64,000 nucleotides of DNA from an uncultured Acidobacteriota bacterium (GCA_964565865.1 CAZMGM010000002.1:16828-80827); one strand, 5' to 3'; counted from the first letter of the stretch, positions 7,546-17,591 are shown. Notes: generated by a model not told the origin, from the letters alone. Translations and numbers: made by a program.

Positions 7546-9228
7546 ATGAGCCCCGTTCTGGCAGTTTTGATCTGCTTTGCTCTTTACTTCCTGGGTTACC
7601 GTTTCTACGCGGGTTATCTGGCTCGACAAATATTCCGCCTCGACCCGACCCGAAAGACCCCAGCGCACACCTTACGCGACGGTGTCGACTATGTCCCGGC
7701 CCAGCGCTTTGTCCTGTTCGGCCACCACTACGCCTCGATATCCGGGCTCTCACCAATGCTGGGCCCAGCGATCGCTGTGATCTGGGGGTGGCTGCCCGCA
7801 CTCCTGTGGGTGGTTCTGGGAACCCTTCTCATTGGGGCAGTCCACGATTTTAGTGCTCTGGTCATTTCCGTTCGGGCCAGGGGGATGTCGATCGGAAAGG
7901 TAGCTGAAGACATCATCGGGCCTCGGGCCAAAACCCTTTTCCATCTGATCATATTCTTCCTCATCGCTCTGGCAATGGGGGTGTTTGTCCACGTTACAGC
8001 AACGCTGCTGGGCCCCAAATACCACCCGGAGGCAAGCTACCCAAGTGGGATCCTTATGGTGGTGGCCCTGGTTGTGGGCTGGCTGGTTTACAAAAGGGGT
8101 TTTTCTCTGGCCAAGGTAACGATTGTGGCCTTTGCCGTAACCCTTGTCAGCATTTGGATAGGCCTTCAATTACCTTTGTTCGAGCTCGATCTGATCCGTT
8201 GGAGCATCCTGCTTCTGAGCTACAGCTTTGTGGCCTCGGTACTCCCAGTCTGGTTTTTGCTGCAACCCCGAGATTACATCAATTCGTTGTTGCTATATGT
8301 CGGCCTTATTTCTATTTTCGCGGGCTTTTTCGTATTGCGGCCACAGTTTGCTGCCCCGGCTCTGGAAATACACCCTGAGGGCGCTCCCCCGTTGTTCCCC
8401 TTCGTTTTTATTGTGATCGCCTGTGGCGCCATTTCGGGTTTCCATGGACTCGTTTCATCGGGCACGACGGCCAAGCAGATCAACAGCGAAAACGACGCCA
8501 GGTTAATCGGCTATGGGGGAATGATTGGTGAATCTCTTCTCGGTCTGGTTTCGGTCCTAGCCTGCACGGCGGGCTTCGCGAGCACCTCGCTGTGGCGTAG
8601 CCACTACCAGTCGTGGAGCCTGGCGCAAGGCCTGGGGCCGAACATGAAAGCCTTCATAGACGGGTCCGGCTATTTTCTCAGCCAACTGGGCGTTCCCCTG
8701 GCCTTGTCCAAAGCTTTTGTAGCCCTCGTGGCTATCTCTTTCGCACTCACGACTCTCGACTCAGCTGTTCGCCTTTTGCGCTTCAATATCACAGAGATGA
8801 GTGAGACCTTACGGGTTCCGATTTTGAAAAATCGTTATCTTGCCTCGGCACTTGCCGTGCTAACAATTGGATTCTTCGCCTTCTACAAAATCGGAGGCCG
8901 GGCGGCCGGCCTGGCTCTGTGGCAACTGTTCGGAACAACCAACCAGGTACTGGGAGCCCTGACCCTTCTGGCCGTCACCCTGTACCTTATGCAGAGAGGT
9001 CGCAACTACTGGTTCACGGCCGTCCCCATGTTTTTCATGATGGTCACGACCCTGGTTGCCATGACCATTAAGATGCGCGACTTCTGGAACCTGCAGAGCT
9101 ACGTGCTCCTGAGTGTGGGAGCAATCATCCTGGGCCTCAGCCTGTGGTTGGCCGTAGAATCCGTATTAAGGGTCGTGCAGGGTCGACGACCTGGTCGGTT
9201 GAAGGTTGAAAGGTTGGAGTGTGAATAA
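7546..9228 (+). CDS. cstA: Carbon starvation protein A family transporter (CstA/BtsT-like)
   Basis: 560 aa, polytopic. The N-terminus MSPVLAVLICFALYFLGYRFYAGYLA and the GHHYASISGLSPMLGPAIAV segment are CstA-like. Confidence 0.85.
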   Translation: MSPVLAVLICFALYFLGYRFYAGYLARQIFRLDPTRKTPAHTLRDGVDYVPAQRFVLFGHHYASISGLSPMLGPAIAVIWGWLPALLWVVLGTLLIGAVHDFSALVISVRARGMSIGKVAEDIIGPRAKTLFHLIIFFLIALAMGVFVHVTATLLGPKYHPEASYPSGILMVVALVVGWLVYKRGFSLAKVTIVAFAVTLVSIWIGLQLPLFELDLIRWSILLLSYSFVASVLPVWFLLQPRDYINSLLLYVGLISIFAGFFVLRPQFAAPALEIHPEGAPPLFPFVFIVIACGAISGFHGLVSSGTTAKQINSENDARLIGYGGMIGESLLGLVSVLACTAGFASTSLWRSHYQSWSLAQGLGPNMKAFIDGSGYFLSQLGVPLALSKAFVALVAISFALTTLDSAVRLLRFNITEMSETLRVPILKNRYLASALAVLTIGFFAFYKIGGRAAGLALWQLFGTTNQVLGALTLLAVTLYLMQRGRNYWFTAVPMFFMMVTTLVAMTIKMRDFWNLQSYVLLSVGAIILGLSLWLAVESVLRVVQGRRPGRLKVERLECE

Positions 9229-9279
9229 TTGGGGGGCTTCAACCTGCAATTTTCAACTCTTAACTGTTTCCGGGTGCTC
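9197..9279. repeat. Composite copy of the GGTTGAA(A/G) repeat family spanning the cstA stop
   Basis: GGTTGAAGGTTGAAAGGTTGG (9197-9217, encoding the last cstA codons), then the inverted copy CTTCAACCTGCAATTTTCAAC (9237-9257), then TTAACTGTTTCCGGGTGCTC (9260-9279). Confidence 0.6.
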
Positions 9280-9288
9280 ACGTCGGCC

Positions 9289-10986
9289 TTACATGTTCTT
9301 GTATTCGGGCCCACCGCCGCCTTCCGGAGGAGTCCAGAGAATGATCTGGTACGGGTCCATAATTTCGCAGATTTTGCAGTGCACACAATTAGTAAAGTTG
9401 ATTTGCAGCCGCCTTTCCGTTTCTGCTGAAAACATTTCGTAAACGCCGGCTGGGCAAAAATGTTGGCAGGGGTTCCCGTATTCGAGGGAACAACGGTTGT
9501 GGCAAATGTCCAGATCCTTAACCTTGAGATGGCAGGGCTGATCTTCTTCATGAGCTGTGTCGGATAGGAACACATCACTCAGCTTATCGAACGTAAGCTC
9601 GCCATCAAACGGCGACGACGGCAACCTCTGAGGGTCCGGCTGGAACTTCCCCAGCCTCTTCATCAACGTATGGCCTGAGAGGGCGGGGAGTGGATCGCGC
9701 AGGCCACGACCGTTGGTCACATACTGCAGAGCCGCGTTAACCAGGGCCCCCATTGTACCGCGCTGAAACGACTGGCGAAAATTCCTCACTTTCCAGAGTT
9801 CGTCTCGCGCCCAACTGGATTCGAAGCGTGTCTGGTAGCTGCTCAAAACAGTGCTACTGTTGTCGGTGTCAACTAGTACCTCTAGTATGGACTCGGCAGC
9901 TATCATGCCAGATTTGACGGCAAGGTGGATCCCTTTGAGCCGCTGAGAGTTGAGGAATCCCGCCGAGTCTCCAACGATGAGTAACCCGTCCGCGAAGAGC
10001 TGGGGAAGGGAATAGTATCCCCCTTCAGGAACTGCTTTGGCCCCATACGAGAGGGCCTTCCCTCCCTTCAGAAGACCGCGGACCAGGGGATGGGTTTTGA
10101 GCTGTTGAAAAATCGAGTGCGGATCAAGTTGCGGATCCTTGTAATCCAATCCCATCACAAAGCCGAGATCCACCAGATTGTCCTTCATGGTGTAGATAAA
10201 GGCGCCTCCGAATTGAGAAAGCTCGAGTGGATAGCCGAAGGTGTGGTACACGAGTCCCGGTTCGAGGGTTCCCGGAACCTCCCAGATCTCTTTCACACCC
10301 ACTCCGTAAATCTGTGGTTGACTCTCTTTCCTCAAACCCAGTCGCTCGAAAGCCTGTCCGGCTAGCGTCCCGTGAGGGCCCTCCCCCAGGACCGTCACCC
10401 TGGCGTGCACGTCTATCCCTGGTTCAAAGTTAGGTTTAGGCTCGCCGAGACTGTTTCTTCCTTTATCCCCGATTCGGGCTCCCACCACTCTTTCGCCCTC
10501 GAAAAGGAGCTTCACCGCCGGGAATTCGGGATAGACTTCCACCCCGTGTTCTTCACACAGGCCAGCCAGCCATTTAACGAGTCTCCCAAGAGAAGCCACA
10601 TAATAACCATCGTTGTTGAATGGTGCCGGTGTGATAGGAGACCGAATCGCCCTGGTCCTCGTCAGCAGGTAAAGGGCGTCGTTGGAAACAGGACAGTCAT
10701 AGGGCGGGTGCGCGTCCGGAAAGGCCCCCAGCAGTTCGTCGAAGGCCCGGGGATCTACCACAGCGCCGCTGAGAATATGGGATCCGATCTCCCGTCCTTT
10801 TTCAATCACCAGCAGGGTTGGCTTCTCTAGCTTCGAGCCCTCCCGACTCCCGCTGGCAACGGCTTTGTTGTGTTGCTTGATCAGGGTCGACAGATGAAGC
10901 GCACCGGCCAGGCAGGCAGGCCCCGCCCCGACAAAAAGGACATCCACCTCTAGTCGCTCTCTTTTCACAGTCCACAGATTATACAT
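9289..10986 (-). CDS. Electron-transfer flavoprotein:ubiquinone oxidoreductase (ETF-QO)
   Basis: 565 aa. N-terminal FAD fold VDVLFVGAGPACLAGA. The C-terminal ferredoxin-like Cys cluster (CHLKV...ICHNRC...NPCQHFCPAGVYE...NCVHCKIC) is typical of ETF-QO. Confidence 0.85.
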   Translation of the reverse strand: MYNLWTVKRERLEVDVLFVGAGPACLAGALHLSTLIKQHNKAVASGSREGSKLEKPTLLVIEKGREIGSHILSGAVVDPRAFDELLGAFPDAHPPYDCPVSNDALYLLTRTRAIRSPITPAPFNNDGYYVASLGRLVKWLAGLCEEHGVEVYPEFPAVKLLFEGERVVGARIGDKGRNSLGEPKPNFEPGIDVHARVTVLGEGPHGTLAGQAFERLGLRKESQPQIYGVGVKEIWEVPGTLEPGLVYHTFGYPLELSQFGGAFIYTMKDNLVDLGFVMGLDYKDPQLDPHSIFQQLKTHPLVRGLLKGGKALSYGAKAVPEGGYYSLPQLFADGLLIVGDSAGFLNSQRLKGIHLAVKSGMIAAESILEVLVDTDNSSTVLSSYQTRFESSWARDELWKVRNFRQSFQRGTMGALVNAALQYVTNGRGLRDPLPALSGHTLMKRLGKFQPDPQRLPSSPFDGELTFDKLSDVFLSDTAHEEDQPCHLKVKDLDICHNRCSLEYGNPCQHFCPAGVYEMFSAETERRLQINFTNCVHCKICEIMDPYQIILWTPPEGGGGPEYKNM

Positions 10987-11013
10987 TTGGTAGGCAGGCT
11001 AGTACTCTGGCGC

Positions 11014-11057
11014 TTACCGGTTGCTGGTCACAGCCTATTCGTTGAAAGTTGAAGGTT
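11014..11057. repeat. Copy of the GGTTGAA(A/G) repeat family
   Basis: TTACCGGTTGCTGGTCAC (11014-11031) matches 16 of 18 positions at 44325-44342. It is followed by GTTGAAAGTTGAAGGTT (11041-11057). Confidence 0.6.
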
Positions 11058-11120
11058 TGCCGGGTTCGAGTTGCCCGACACCAGAGCCCTAACAGTCCGT
11101 GGGAAAAGTCCCACAGGCTG

Positions 11121-14100
11121 CTAAGATGCCCCCGGGCACAGCCCCTGCTGTTTGAATCCGCAATCGCAGCACAAGGCAGCCCGGGTAGTAAGCGGGAACT
11201 CTTCTTCATGGATAATGACTGGAAGTTTCCCGATCGACTCCTCAACGGTTTCGTTCAGTTGGGCTGACCAGTCGACTTCAACAGAATCGCCGGAAGCGGT
11301 AAACACTATGAAGCCCTTCAAAGCTGGCGACCCCAGGATCCGGCTGGCCGCCCAGAGATACAGCTCCACCTGGAGCCTGAACCCACGATCGGCTGCCGTT
11401 GCGGAAGCAGGCCGGCCGCCGAGCTCGACGGTCTTGAAATCAACCACTACCCATCCGTCGCCCGCCCGTTTGTAGAGCCCATCAAAGACTCCGGAAAGCT
11501 CCCGTCGACCCAGCTTTACCCGAAATTCCCGTTCCCGATAGGAGGGTCTAGCCCGCGACATCTCGTGATAGATTCGATTTCCCGCAACGGTTTTCAGATG
11601 ATCCCTCACTCGGCGTTCAAAACCTGCCTTCGAGTCGACCAGTCTGGATCTCAAGGTCCTGTCCCATCTCCTCAGGTGAGCGTCTACCTCATCAACATCT
11701 CCGACATCTCGAGCCTTCTCAATCACATCGTGTATCACTTCTCCAAACAGGGACGGGATCGGGTCGGTTGCGGTGGCGTCGAAGGGACCGACTTCAGGAT
11801 AGTTCAAGAGCTCTCCCAGCAAGAAGCGCCGCGGACAGAGGTGAAAGCCGGCCAGCTCAGTCGGCGACCAGATGCGCTTTCGAAGGAACCCTCCGGCGGA
11901 AGGCCGGGAGGATCCAGGGATTTCTCCAACCCGGGATGGACTGGGCTTCCATGGAGAAGTCCCCTGAGACGGGCTGCCGGCCGCCGAATCCAACGGAAAC
12001 TTTCCCTCCAGCCAGTTCTGAGCCTGGCTCTCTAGCTCACTGGAGGACTCTGCCAGATCAGCAGCTCCGGAATCCAGCAACCAACGGGCATACGACTCAT
12101 CAGCGGTTTTCTGCCCGATCAGAATGAGGTGATCCTCGGCTCGGGTCAGGGCGACGTACAGCAGCCGTTTTTCCTCGGCCAGTTGCCGTTGACGACGCAG
12201 CCGGCAAAGCATCTGGTAGGTAGGATGTCTCAGGCTTTTGTACCGGTCGGAGGGATTCCTTAGTCTGAAGCCCAGGTAGCTGATGCGTCCGGAACCACTA
12301 CCAAAACTCTCTGCAACAAAGCGGTCTTTTCGAATGTCGGACAGCCTCCGACCGAGTTCCGGAAAAACCACAGCTCTGAACTGAAGTCCTTTAGCCCCAT
12401 GGATGGTGAGGATTCTGACAGCTTCCTGCCCCGGTCTGAGCACCTCGGCTTCGGACTCGTTGGGATCGGATCGTGTCAGACTCTCGAGGGACCGAACTAC
12501 CTGGCGCAGATAGATCCCTCCTCTCGCCTCGATATCAACCACCATAGCCAGCAGCTTCCTTACATTTTGCTGAGCCTGCTCTCCCCGCTGGGAGGCCTGC
12601 AGAATAGTCAGAAAACCCGTCTCCGTCAGCACCTTCTGGAGCAAGTCCGAGGCCAGCATCGCCGGGTCTCTCTGCAGCCATGAGTTCAAGCTTTCCCGGG
12701 CGAAGCGCCAGTGTCTGGGAGCTCCACTCTCATCATTTATCGAGTTTTGCAGCTTCTCCCAGTAGCCTTCACCCGGAATTCGGGAAAGAGCCAGGAGGTC
12801 GTCATCGGACAGGCTGAAGATCGGGCTTCGAAGGACTCCGACTAAAGCAGTATCGTTACCGGTACGGCCCAGGAAGCGCAGAAGATTCAAGAGATCAAGA
12901 ATCTCCTGACGCTGATAAAATCCGGTGCCGCCAACCGTCTGAAATGGAATCCCTCGAAGACGCAGGGCTTCTTCGTAAGACTTTAGCCTGGTCCTGGCTC
13001 TGAGCAGGATGGCGATGTCCGAGTATGCATACCCCCTCCGCTTCAGTCGTTGCACCGCAGTAGCCACCAGCTCTGGCTCCGGGGTGCTGGCCGAATGTTC
13101 CTCCGGGGTCAGTCCGAAGAGACAGGATTCAACTTTTCCAGACGGGGAATCAGGCCTGGCTGGCACCATCTCCTGATGGTCTGCCTCATATTCGAGGTCC
13201 CCGGAGAACAGATTCCGAAAGACATGGTTACAGAAACGAACCAGTTCCCGGGCAGCCCGGTAATTTTCCGGCATTTCCACGATTCGACCATCTCTTCTGA
13301 GCCAGTCCTGCACTCGACGAAAAACAGAGACATCAGCGTTTCGAAACCGATAGATTGACTGCTTGGCGTCTCCAACCACGAGCAGATTCGAGGAGCTACC
13401 CATCAGCGGCCGGAGGACCTGCCACTGTAACTCGTTGGTGTCCTGGAACTCGTCGATCAGGAAAAATCGAAAACGCTCCTGAATCAAATCCACGACCTCA
13501 CGTTTTCTGACGAGTCTGGCTGACTCCACGACGAGATCTTCAAAGTCGAGTCCACCCGCCGCCCTCTTTTTTCGCTCATAGCAGCGTACGATGTCAGCGT
13601 GCAATTCCTGGACGCACTTTAAGGCCAGCCTGAAATGGCGAGTCGCGTCGCCTGCGCAGGGGTCCAGGCGGGTCCTGTCCCTGATAAGTCTCTTCAATTG
13701 TTTCCACGTCGAAACGATCCTGGGGTGAGAGTTGTGACGTTTCCACTCCGGAGTTGGGACGGCCCTTGACTCCAGCGTGAGCTGAAAACTCTCAATAAAG
13801 CTTCTGGGATCCAGACTTGAACGGTTTTGAAGGAGCTCGATCTGCCTCCTGCAGCGCATGCTGAATGAATTCGGATGACTCAAGAAATTCTCAGGCAAAG
13901 AACGTAATAATCTCAGAAGCTCTTCCCAGTCAGGGGCGCGCAACAATACAGTAGCGGCTTCCTGCAAATAGAGGTCTCTCAGCCAGTTTTCATCGGGCTC
14001 CGTTCTCACCGACAAATGATGCCTTTTATCGAGCATCTGTTTGAAAAATTCTTCTAGACGAGACTGGGGAAAATAGTGAAGCAACCTCTTCAAACTCGCA

Positions 14101-14618
14101 TTCCCCCTCCGGGACGAGTCCCGGAGGGACTGCCTAACCGCCTCAACGGCCAGCAACTGCTGCCTGGAAGGTTTCAGCAGGTCGAGTTCCGAATCCAGAT
14201 GCCGGTTCAAAGAATCGTCTCGAAGCAGGCGGTAACAGAAGCCATGAATAGTCGTAATTGGAGAACGTGGGAGGTGCCTCAGCGCCCGGTTCCACAGGTC
14301 GGCGGATGGGTCCTCCGAAGCGCTCGATATCCGGCTCTCAATGGCCCCGCGAATCCTTTCGCGCATCTGGCGGGCCGCCTCGTCGGCAAAAGTGATGGCA
14401 ACGATTTCTTCCGGTCGGTAATCATTGTGCGCCAGGATTCGAAGAAAGCGTTCGATCAAAACGGTCGTTTTCCCGGAGCCTGCAGCAGCCGTCAGCAGGA
14501 TGTCGGAGGACAGATCAAGCGCGTCCTTCTGGGCCTGACTAAACTGGAGGCGGAAGTCCTCTACATCAGGCACCGGATGCCTCCCGTTCAGGGGCTTCCG
14601 GAACGCTCCAGTTCCCAT
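11121..14618 (-). CDS. addA: UvrD/Rep-type helicase fused to a PD-(D/E)XK nuclease (AddA/RecB-like subunit)
   Basis: 1165 aa. Walker A in LLTAAAGSGKTTVLIERF, UvrD helicase motifs (FLIDEFQDTN, TIHGAKGLQF), and a C-terminal nuclease region. Confidence 0.75.
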   Translation of the reverse strand: MGTGAFRKPLNGRHPVPDVEDFRLQFSQAQKDALDLSSDILLTAAAGSGKTTVLIERFLRILAHNDYRPEEIVAITFADEAARQMRERIRGAIESRISSASEDPSADLWNRALRHLPRSPITTIHGFCYRLLRDDSLNRHLDSELDLLKPSRQQLLAVEAVRQSLRDSSRRGNASLKRLLHYFPQSRLEEFFKQMLDKRHHLSVRTEPDENWLRDLYLQEAATVLLRAPDWEELLRLLRSLPENFLSHPNSFSMRCRRQIELLQNRSSLDPRSFIESFQLTLESRAVPTPEWKRHNSHPRIVSTWKQLKRLIRDRTRLDPCAGDATRHFRLALKCVQELHADIVRCYERKKRAAGGLDFEDLVVESARLVRKREVVDLIQERFRFFLIDEFQDTNELQWQVLRPLMGSSSNLLVVGDAKQSIYRFRNADVSVFRRVQDWLRRDGRIVEMPENYRAARELVRFCNHVFRNLFSGDLEYEADHQEMVPARPDSPSGKVESCLFGLTPEEHSASTPEPELVATAVQRLKRRGYAYSDIAILLRARTRLKSYEEALRLRGIPFQTVGGTGFYQRQEILDLLNLLRFLGRTGNDTALVGVLRSPIFSLSDDDLLALSRIPGEGYWEKLQNSINDESGAPRHWRFARESLNSWLQRDPAMLASDLLQKVLTETGFLTILQASQRGEQAQQNVRKLLAMVVDIEARGGIYLRQVVRSLESLTRSDPNESEAEVLRPGQEAVRILTIHGAKGLQFRAVVFPELGRRLSDIRKDRFVAESFGSGSGRISYLGFRLRNPSDRYKSLRHPTYQMLCRLRRQRQLAEEKRLLYVALTRAEDHLILIGQKTADESYARWLLDSGAADLAESSSELESQAQNWLEGKFPLDSAAGSPSQGTSPWKPSPSRVGEIPGSSRPSAGGFLRKRIWSPTELAGFHLCPRRFLLGELLNYPEVGPFDATATDPIPSLFGEVIHDVIEKARDVGDVDEVDAHLRRWDRTLRSRLVDSKAGFERRVRDHLKTVAGNRIYHEMSRARPSYREREFRVKLGRRELSGVFDGLYKRAGDGWVVVDFKTVELGGRPASATAADRGFRLQVELYLWAASRILGSPALKGFIVFTASGDSVEVDWSAQLNETVEESIGKLPVIIHEEEFPLTTRAALCCDCGFKQQGLCPGAS

Positions 14619-17574
14619 GGTTCATCACCCGGCGGGCAACAGGAAATCGACCGGAGCTTCTGAGACTGGCCGTTTTCCTGGCGTCCCTTCGGCAAATGTC
14701 CCGAAAACCGCACTCCCGGCATCCAGCCTGGGTGGCACCTACCAGGGTGACTGGAAACTTGCCCGAGAGAAGAGCTTGGACCACTTCCAGCGCCTTCTCC
14801 CGATAGTGACGAGCCAGAACGGACCAGCCTTTGTGCTTCCGGTCCGGAAAGGCGACTGTTCGCAAGCGAGCCTCCAGCGGCGGCTGCACCTGGAAAAAAA
14901 AGGCGTTTTCAACCTCTTTCCCGTAGTGATTTCGGACTAGAAGATAATAGAGTGGTAATTGAAATCCCCATCCCTGGTAGAGGCGCCGCAAAGGCGCTGT
15001 GCCGGTCTTGTAGTCAATGAGCACCAACCCGTCCGGGTTTCGATCAACCCGGTCCACAGTCCCGTTGAGGACAACCTCAACCTGACCGCCGCTTTCAGTT
15101 TTGATCCTGCCCAGAGATACAGGGTCCAACTTTTTCTCCAGGTCCTCAACCCGGTTGCGCCGCAGCCACTTTGCCTGGTGAGTGAGGAAGTCCCGCAGAA
15201 CTCCCCTGCCCGGCTCATCCGGATGGAGACCAGAGCGAAGAAGCTCCTCCTGCGTCGACCAGGTCGAGTCGTGGCGCAGCAGTTCTCGATAAGGTAAGGA
15301 TCCGAGCTCCTCTTCCAAGATATCCAGCAGACGCTGCCCGGCCGGGTCATTCCAGTTGCTCAGGTTGCGAAGGCTGGACAACTCGAGTTGGCCCATGAAT
15401 CGATGCAGCACACGGTGAAGAAGGCCACCCAATGTGGTGCCCGTCAACTCCAGTTGCTGGGACTCCTGCTGGAGGCCGAGGTGACGTTCAGCTAGGAAGC
15501 GGAATCCGCAGCGCATGTATTCTTCGAGCACACTGGGAGTGATTGAGACCGCTTGTTTCCCTGGCTTCCTGCGGGAGTTTCCAAGTCGGCTGGCGGAGGA
15601 CACGATCCCGTCGAAAGCCGACGCTTCCAAACCCTCTCTCATTTGCACAACTTGCCTGCCCCGCTGGACATTCCGTAGGGCAGCGGCACCGAAGACGGAA
15701 GGACTTTCCTTCCAGTCTTGCTTCTCGATCGCCAGGCCACGCAGCAGCGGGCTCAGAAGAGTCGGGGTCCCAGAGGCTCTTTCCGGACAGGTGTAAATGA
15801 CAGACTTCGAAGCCTGCCCACTGATCCAGCGAAAATGATTCTCTCGGTTCCTGACCTGGGTCTCCCAAATCTCAGACGTCCTCCCTCCCGTCAGCACATT
15901 TGGCGGGGGAGCGGACACGGCAGTGAATTCACTCTCGCTCAGTCCCATCCAGATCAGAACATCCACTTCCAAGTGGGCTACTTCGCCCGGGGTGGCGAGA
16001 ATAACTGCCGGAGGGTCAAGATTAATTTCCTGCGCCACTGAGTCAGACAAAGATGAGACGAGACGAGTAAACTGACTCAGCTTCAGCGGCATGTGGCGAT
16101 AATCCTGGAGCTGGTGGATGTGCCGGACCATTCTCTCGAGTATCTGGTTTGACGCTTTCTGCGTCCCAAGATCGGCCCAGGGAGCAGGTCTGAGAAAAGG
16201 ACCGAGCCGACGGTCCAACACACTCAACCACTCACGCGGAGACCCTTCCTCAAGATCCAAATTGAGACGGGGCATCAAACCAGTGAAACTCTCCATGAGC
16301 GGAAGCATGTCCGGCTGGCCTCCGGGATCAGTTTCCTGTGACCCGGCCCCCATGATCTGAAGCGTCCTGGGGAAATTGATTACCCAATCGTTAAATCCCT
16401 TCTGGACATCACAGATTCTTGCCCACCTTTCAAGGTGATGTAGATCCTCTGCAGTGAGGCCTGGATCAAATCTGGGGTGATGAAGAAGATCGAAAAGCCT
16501 CTGTCGGGGAAAGCCCTCAACGATCAACTCCAGGTAGCTCCTCACCAGGTCGAGCATCATCCTGGAGCCCGGAGGGACTCCTCTGGCCTCCGCCACCTGG
16601 ATTCCTCTTTGCGAGAGTGCAGTGTTCAAATGCTTGCCGTAACTATCTGGCCGGCCGGATACCAGGGCCACGGTCAGACCCTCAAGTTGTAATCGTTCTA
16701 CTTTGTCGACGATCCATGAAACCTCGTTCTCAAGCGTAGACAGAGACACGACCCTTGGTGATACCGCGGCTCTCTTGGATTTGAAGGATCGCCATTCTAA
16801 GGAGGGATCAGTCAGCAACCGCCGCATCTCGGCAAAACTTCCACCCTCGTTTTGACCGTTTGCCAGCGGCAGCAAATCGCTACTCACCACAAACTCACGG
16901 ACCTTGTCTCGGAGAAGCCTGAAGAGAGCATGTTCCAGTGGGAGTAAGTCACTGAGACCTTCCACGAACAGGGAACGCACGTCACAGAATTGTTTCTCAA
17001 ATTCGAGTGTCCCCGTAAGAAGACCTCGGTAGACCATCGCCAGCTGTCCCGGCCAATCTTCCATACCGAGTTCTTCAAGCCTGGCCTGATAGCGAGAAAA
17101 ACACCAGGCCAGTTCCTCGGTCAAAGGAGCCCCGGTGTTTTTCACACCGGAGAGGGTTATCAGTTCCGGTTCGAGAACGTCCTGCTGTTTCAGATTGGAG
17201 ATGCCCTGGAATATTTTGCTCAAAAGCCTGTTGCCCGCGATCGGGTTGCCTGGGAAGGGAGAATCTCCGGACCCGATGATCTTTTCGAGGACAAATAGAC
17301 TTTCCGTTTCAGAAAGACGTGGGCGATGCTCCGAACCTTCCAACAAGCGATTGACCAGTCCCCCTAGGGTCAGAACCGGAATCTCGAAACTCGAGGCATG
17401 ATTTTGGAGGTACCTAATTTCGAGCTGGCGCCGACGGAGACGATTCCTGACCAGGTAAATAAAATCCAACGTGGGGTGGGAATGCCCTTGCAGTGCCCGC
17501 CTGAAAACGAAGCGGTTTCGCTCAAAGCGCCTACCACCGTGATAAACGATTCTCCTGGCCATGGCAACCTGCAA
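14566..17574 (-). CDS. addB: PD-(D/E)XK nuclease family protein (AddB-like subunit)
   Basis: 1002 aa, immediately upstream of the addA-like gene with a 53-nt overlap. C-terminal nuclease region LIDYKTG plus a terminal Cys cluster (GCRECGFRDIC), as in AddB Fe-S nucleases. The track start is TTG at 17574; ATG at 17562 (MARRIVYHGG) is plausible. Confidence 0.65.
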   Translation of the reverse strand: MQVAMARRIVYHGGRRFERNRFVFRRALQGHSHPTLDFIYLVRNRLRRRQLEIRYLQNHASSFEIPVLTLGGLVNRLLEGSEHRPRLSETESLFVLEKIIGSGDSPFPGNPIAGNRLLSKIFQGISNLKQQDVLEPELITLSGVKNTGAPLTEELAWCFSRYQARLEELGMEDWPGQLAMVYRGLLTGTLEFEKQFCDVRSLFVEGLSDLLPLEHALFRLLRDKVREFVVSSDLLPLANGQNEGGSFAEMRRLLTDPSLEWRSFKSKRAAVSPRVVSLSTLENEVSWIVDKVERLQLEGLTVALVSGRPDSYGKHLNTALSQRGIQVAEARGVPPGSRMMLDLVRSYLELIVEGFPRQRLFDLLHHPRFDPGLTAEDLHHLERWARICDVQKGFNDWVINFPRTLQIMGAGSQETDPGGQPDMLPLMESFTGLMPRLNLDLEEGSPREWLSVLDRRLGPFLRPAPWADLGTQKASNQILERMVRHIHQLQDYRHMPLKLSQFTRLVSSLSDSVAQEINLDPPAVILATPGEVAHLEVDVLIWMGLSESEFTAVSAPPPNVLTGGRTSEIWETQVRNRENHFRWISGQASKSVIYTCPERASGTPTLLSPLLRGLAIEKQDWKESPSVFGAAALRNVQRGRQVVQMREGLEASAFDGIVSSASRLGNSRRKPGKQAVSITPSVLEEYMRCGFRFLAERHLGLQQESQQLELTGTTLGGLLHRVLHRFMGQLELSSLRNLSNWNDPAGQRLLDILEEELGSLPYRELLRHDSTWSTQEELLRSGLHPDEPGRGVLRDFLTHQAKWLRRNRVEDLEKKLDPVSLGRIKTESGGQVEVVLNGTVDRVDRNPDGLVLIDYKTGTAPLRRLYQGWGFQLPLYYLLVRNHYGKEVENAFFFQVQPPLEARLRTVAFPDRKHKGWSVLARHYREKALEVVQALLSGKFPVTLVGATQAGCRECGFRDICRRDARKTASLRSSGRFPVARRVMNHGNWSVPEAPEREASGA

Positions 17575-17591
17575 GTTTAGCTCGCGACTGT
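17565..17591. repeat. Partial copy of the intergenic repeat family
   Basis: CAACCTGCAAGTTTAGCTCGCGACTGT matches CAACCTGCAATTTTCAACTCTTAACTGT (9240-9267) at 21 of 27 positions. Confidence 0.45.
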
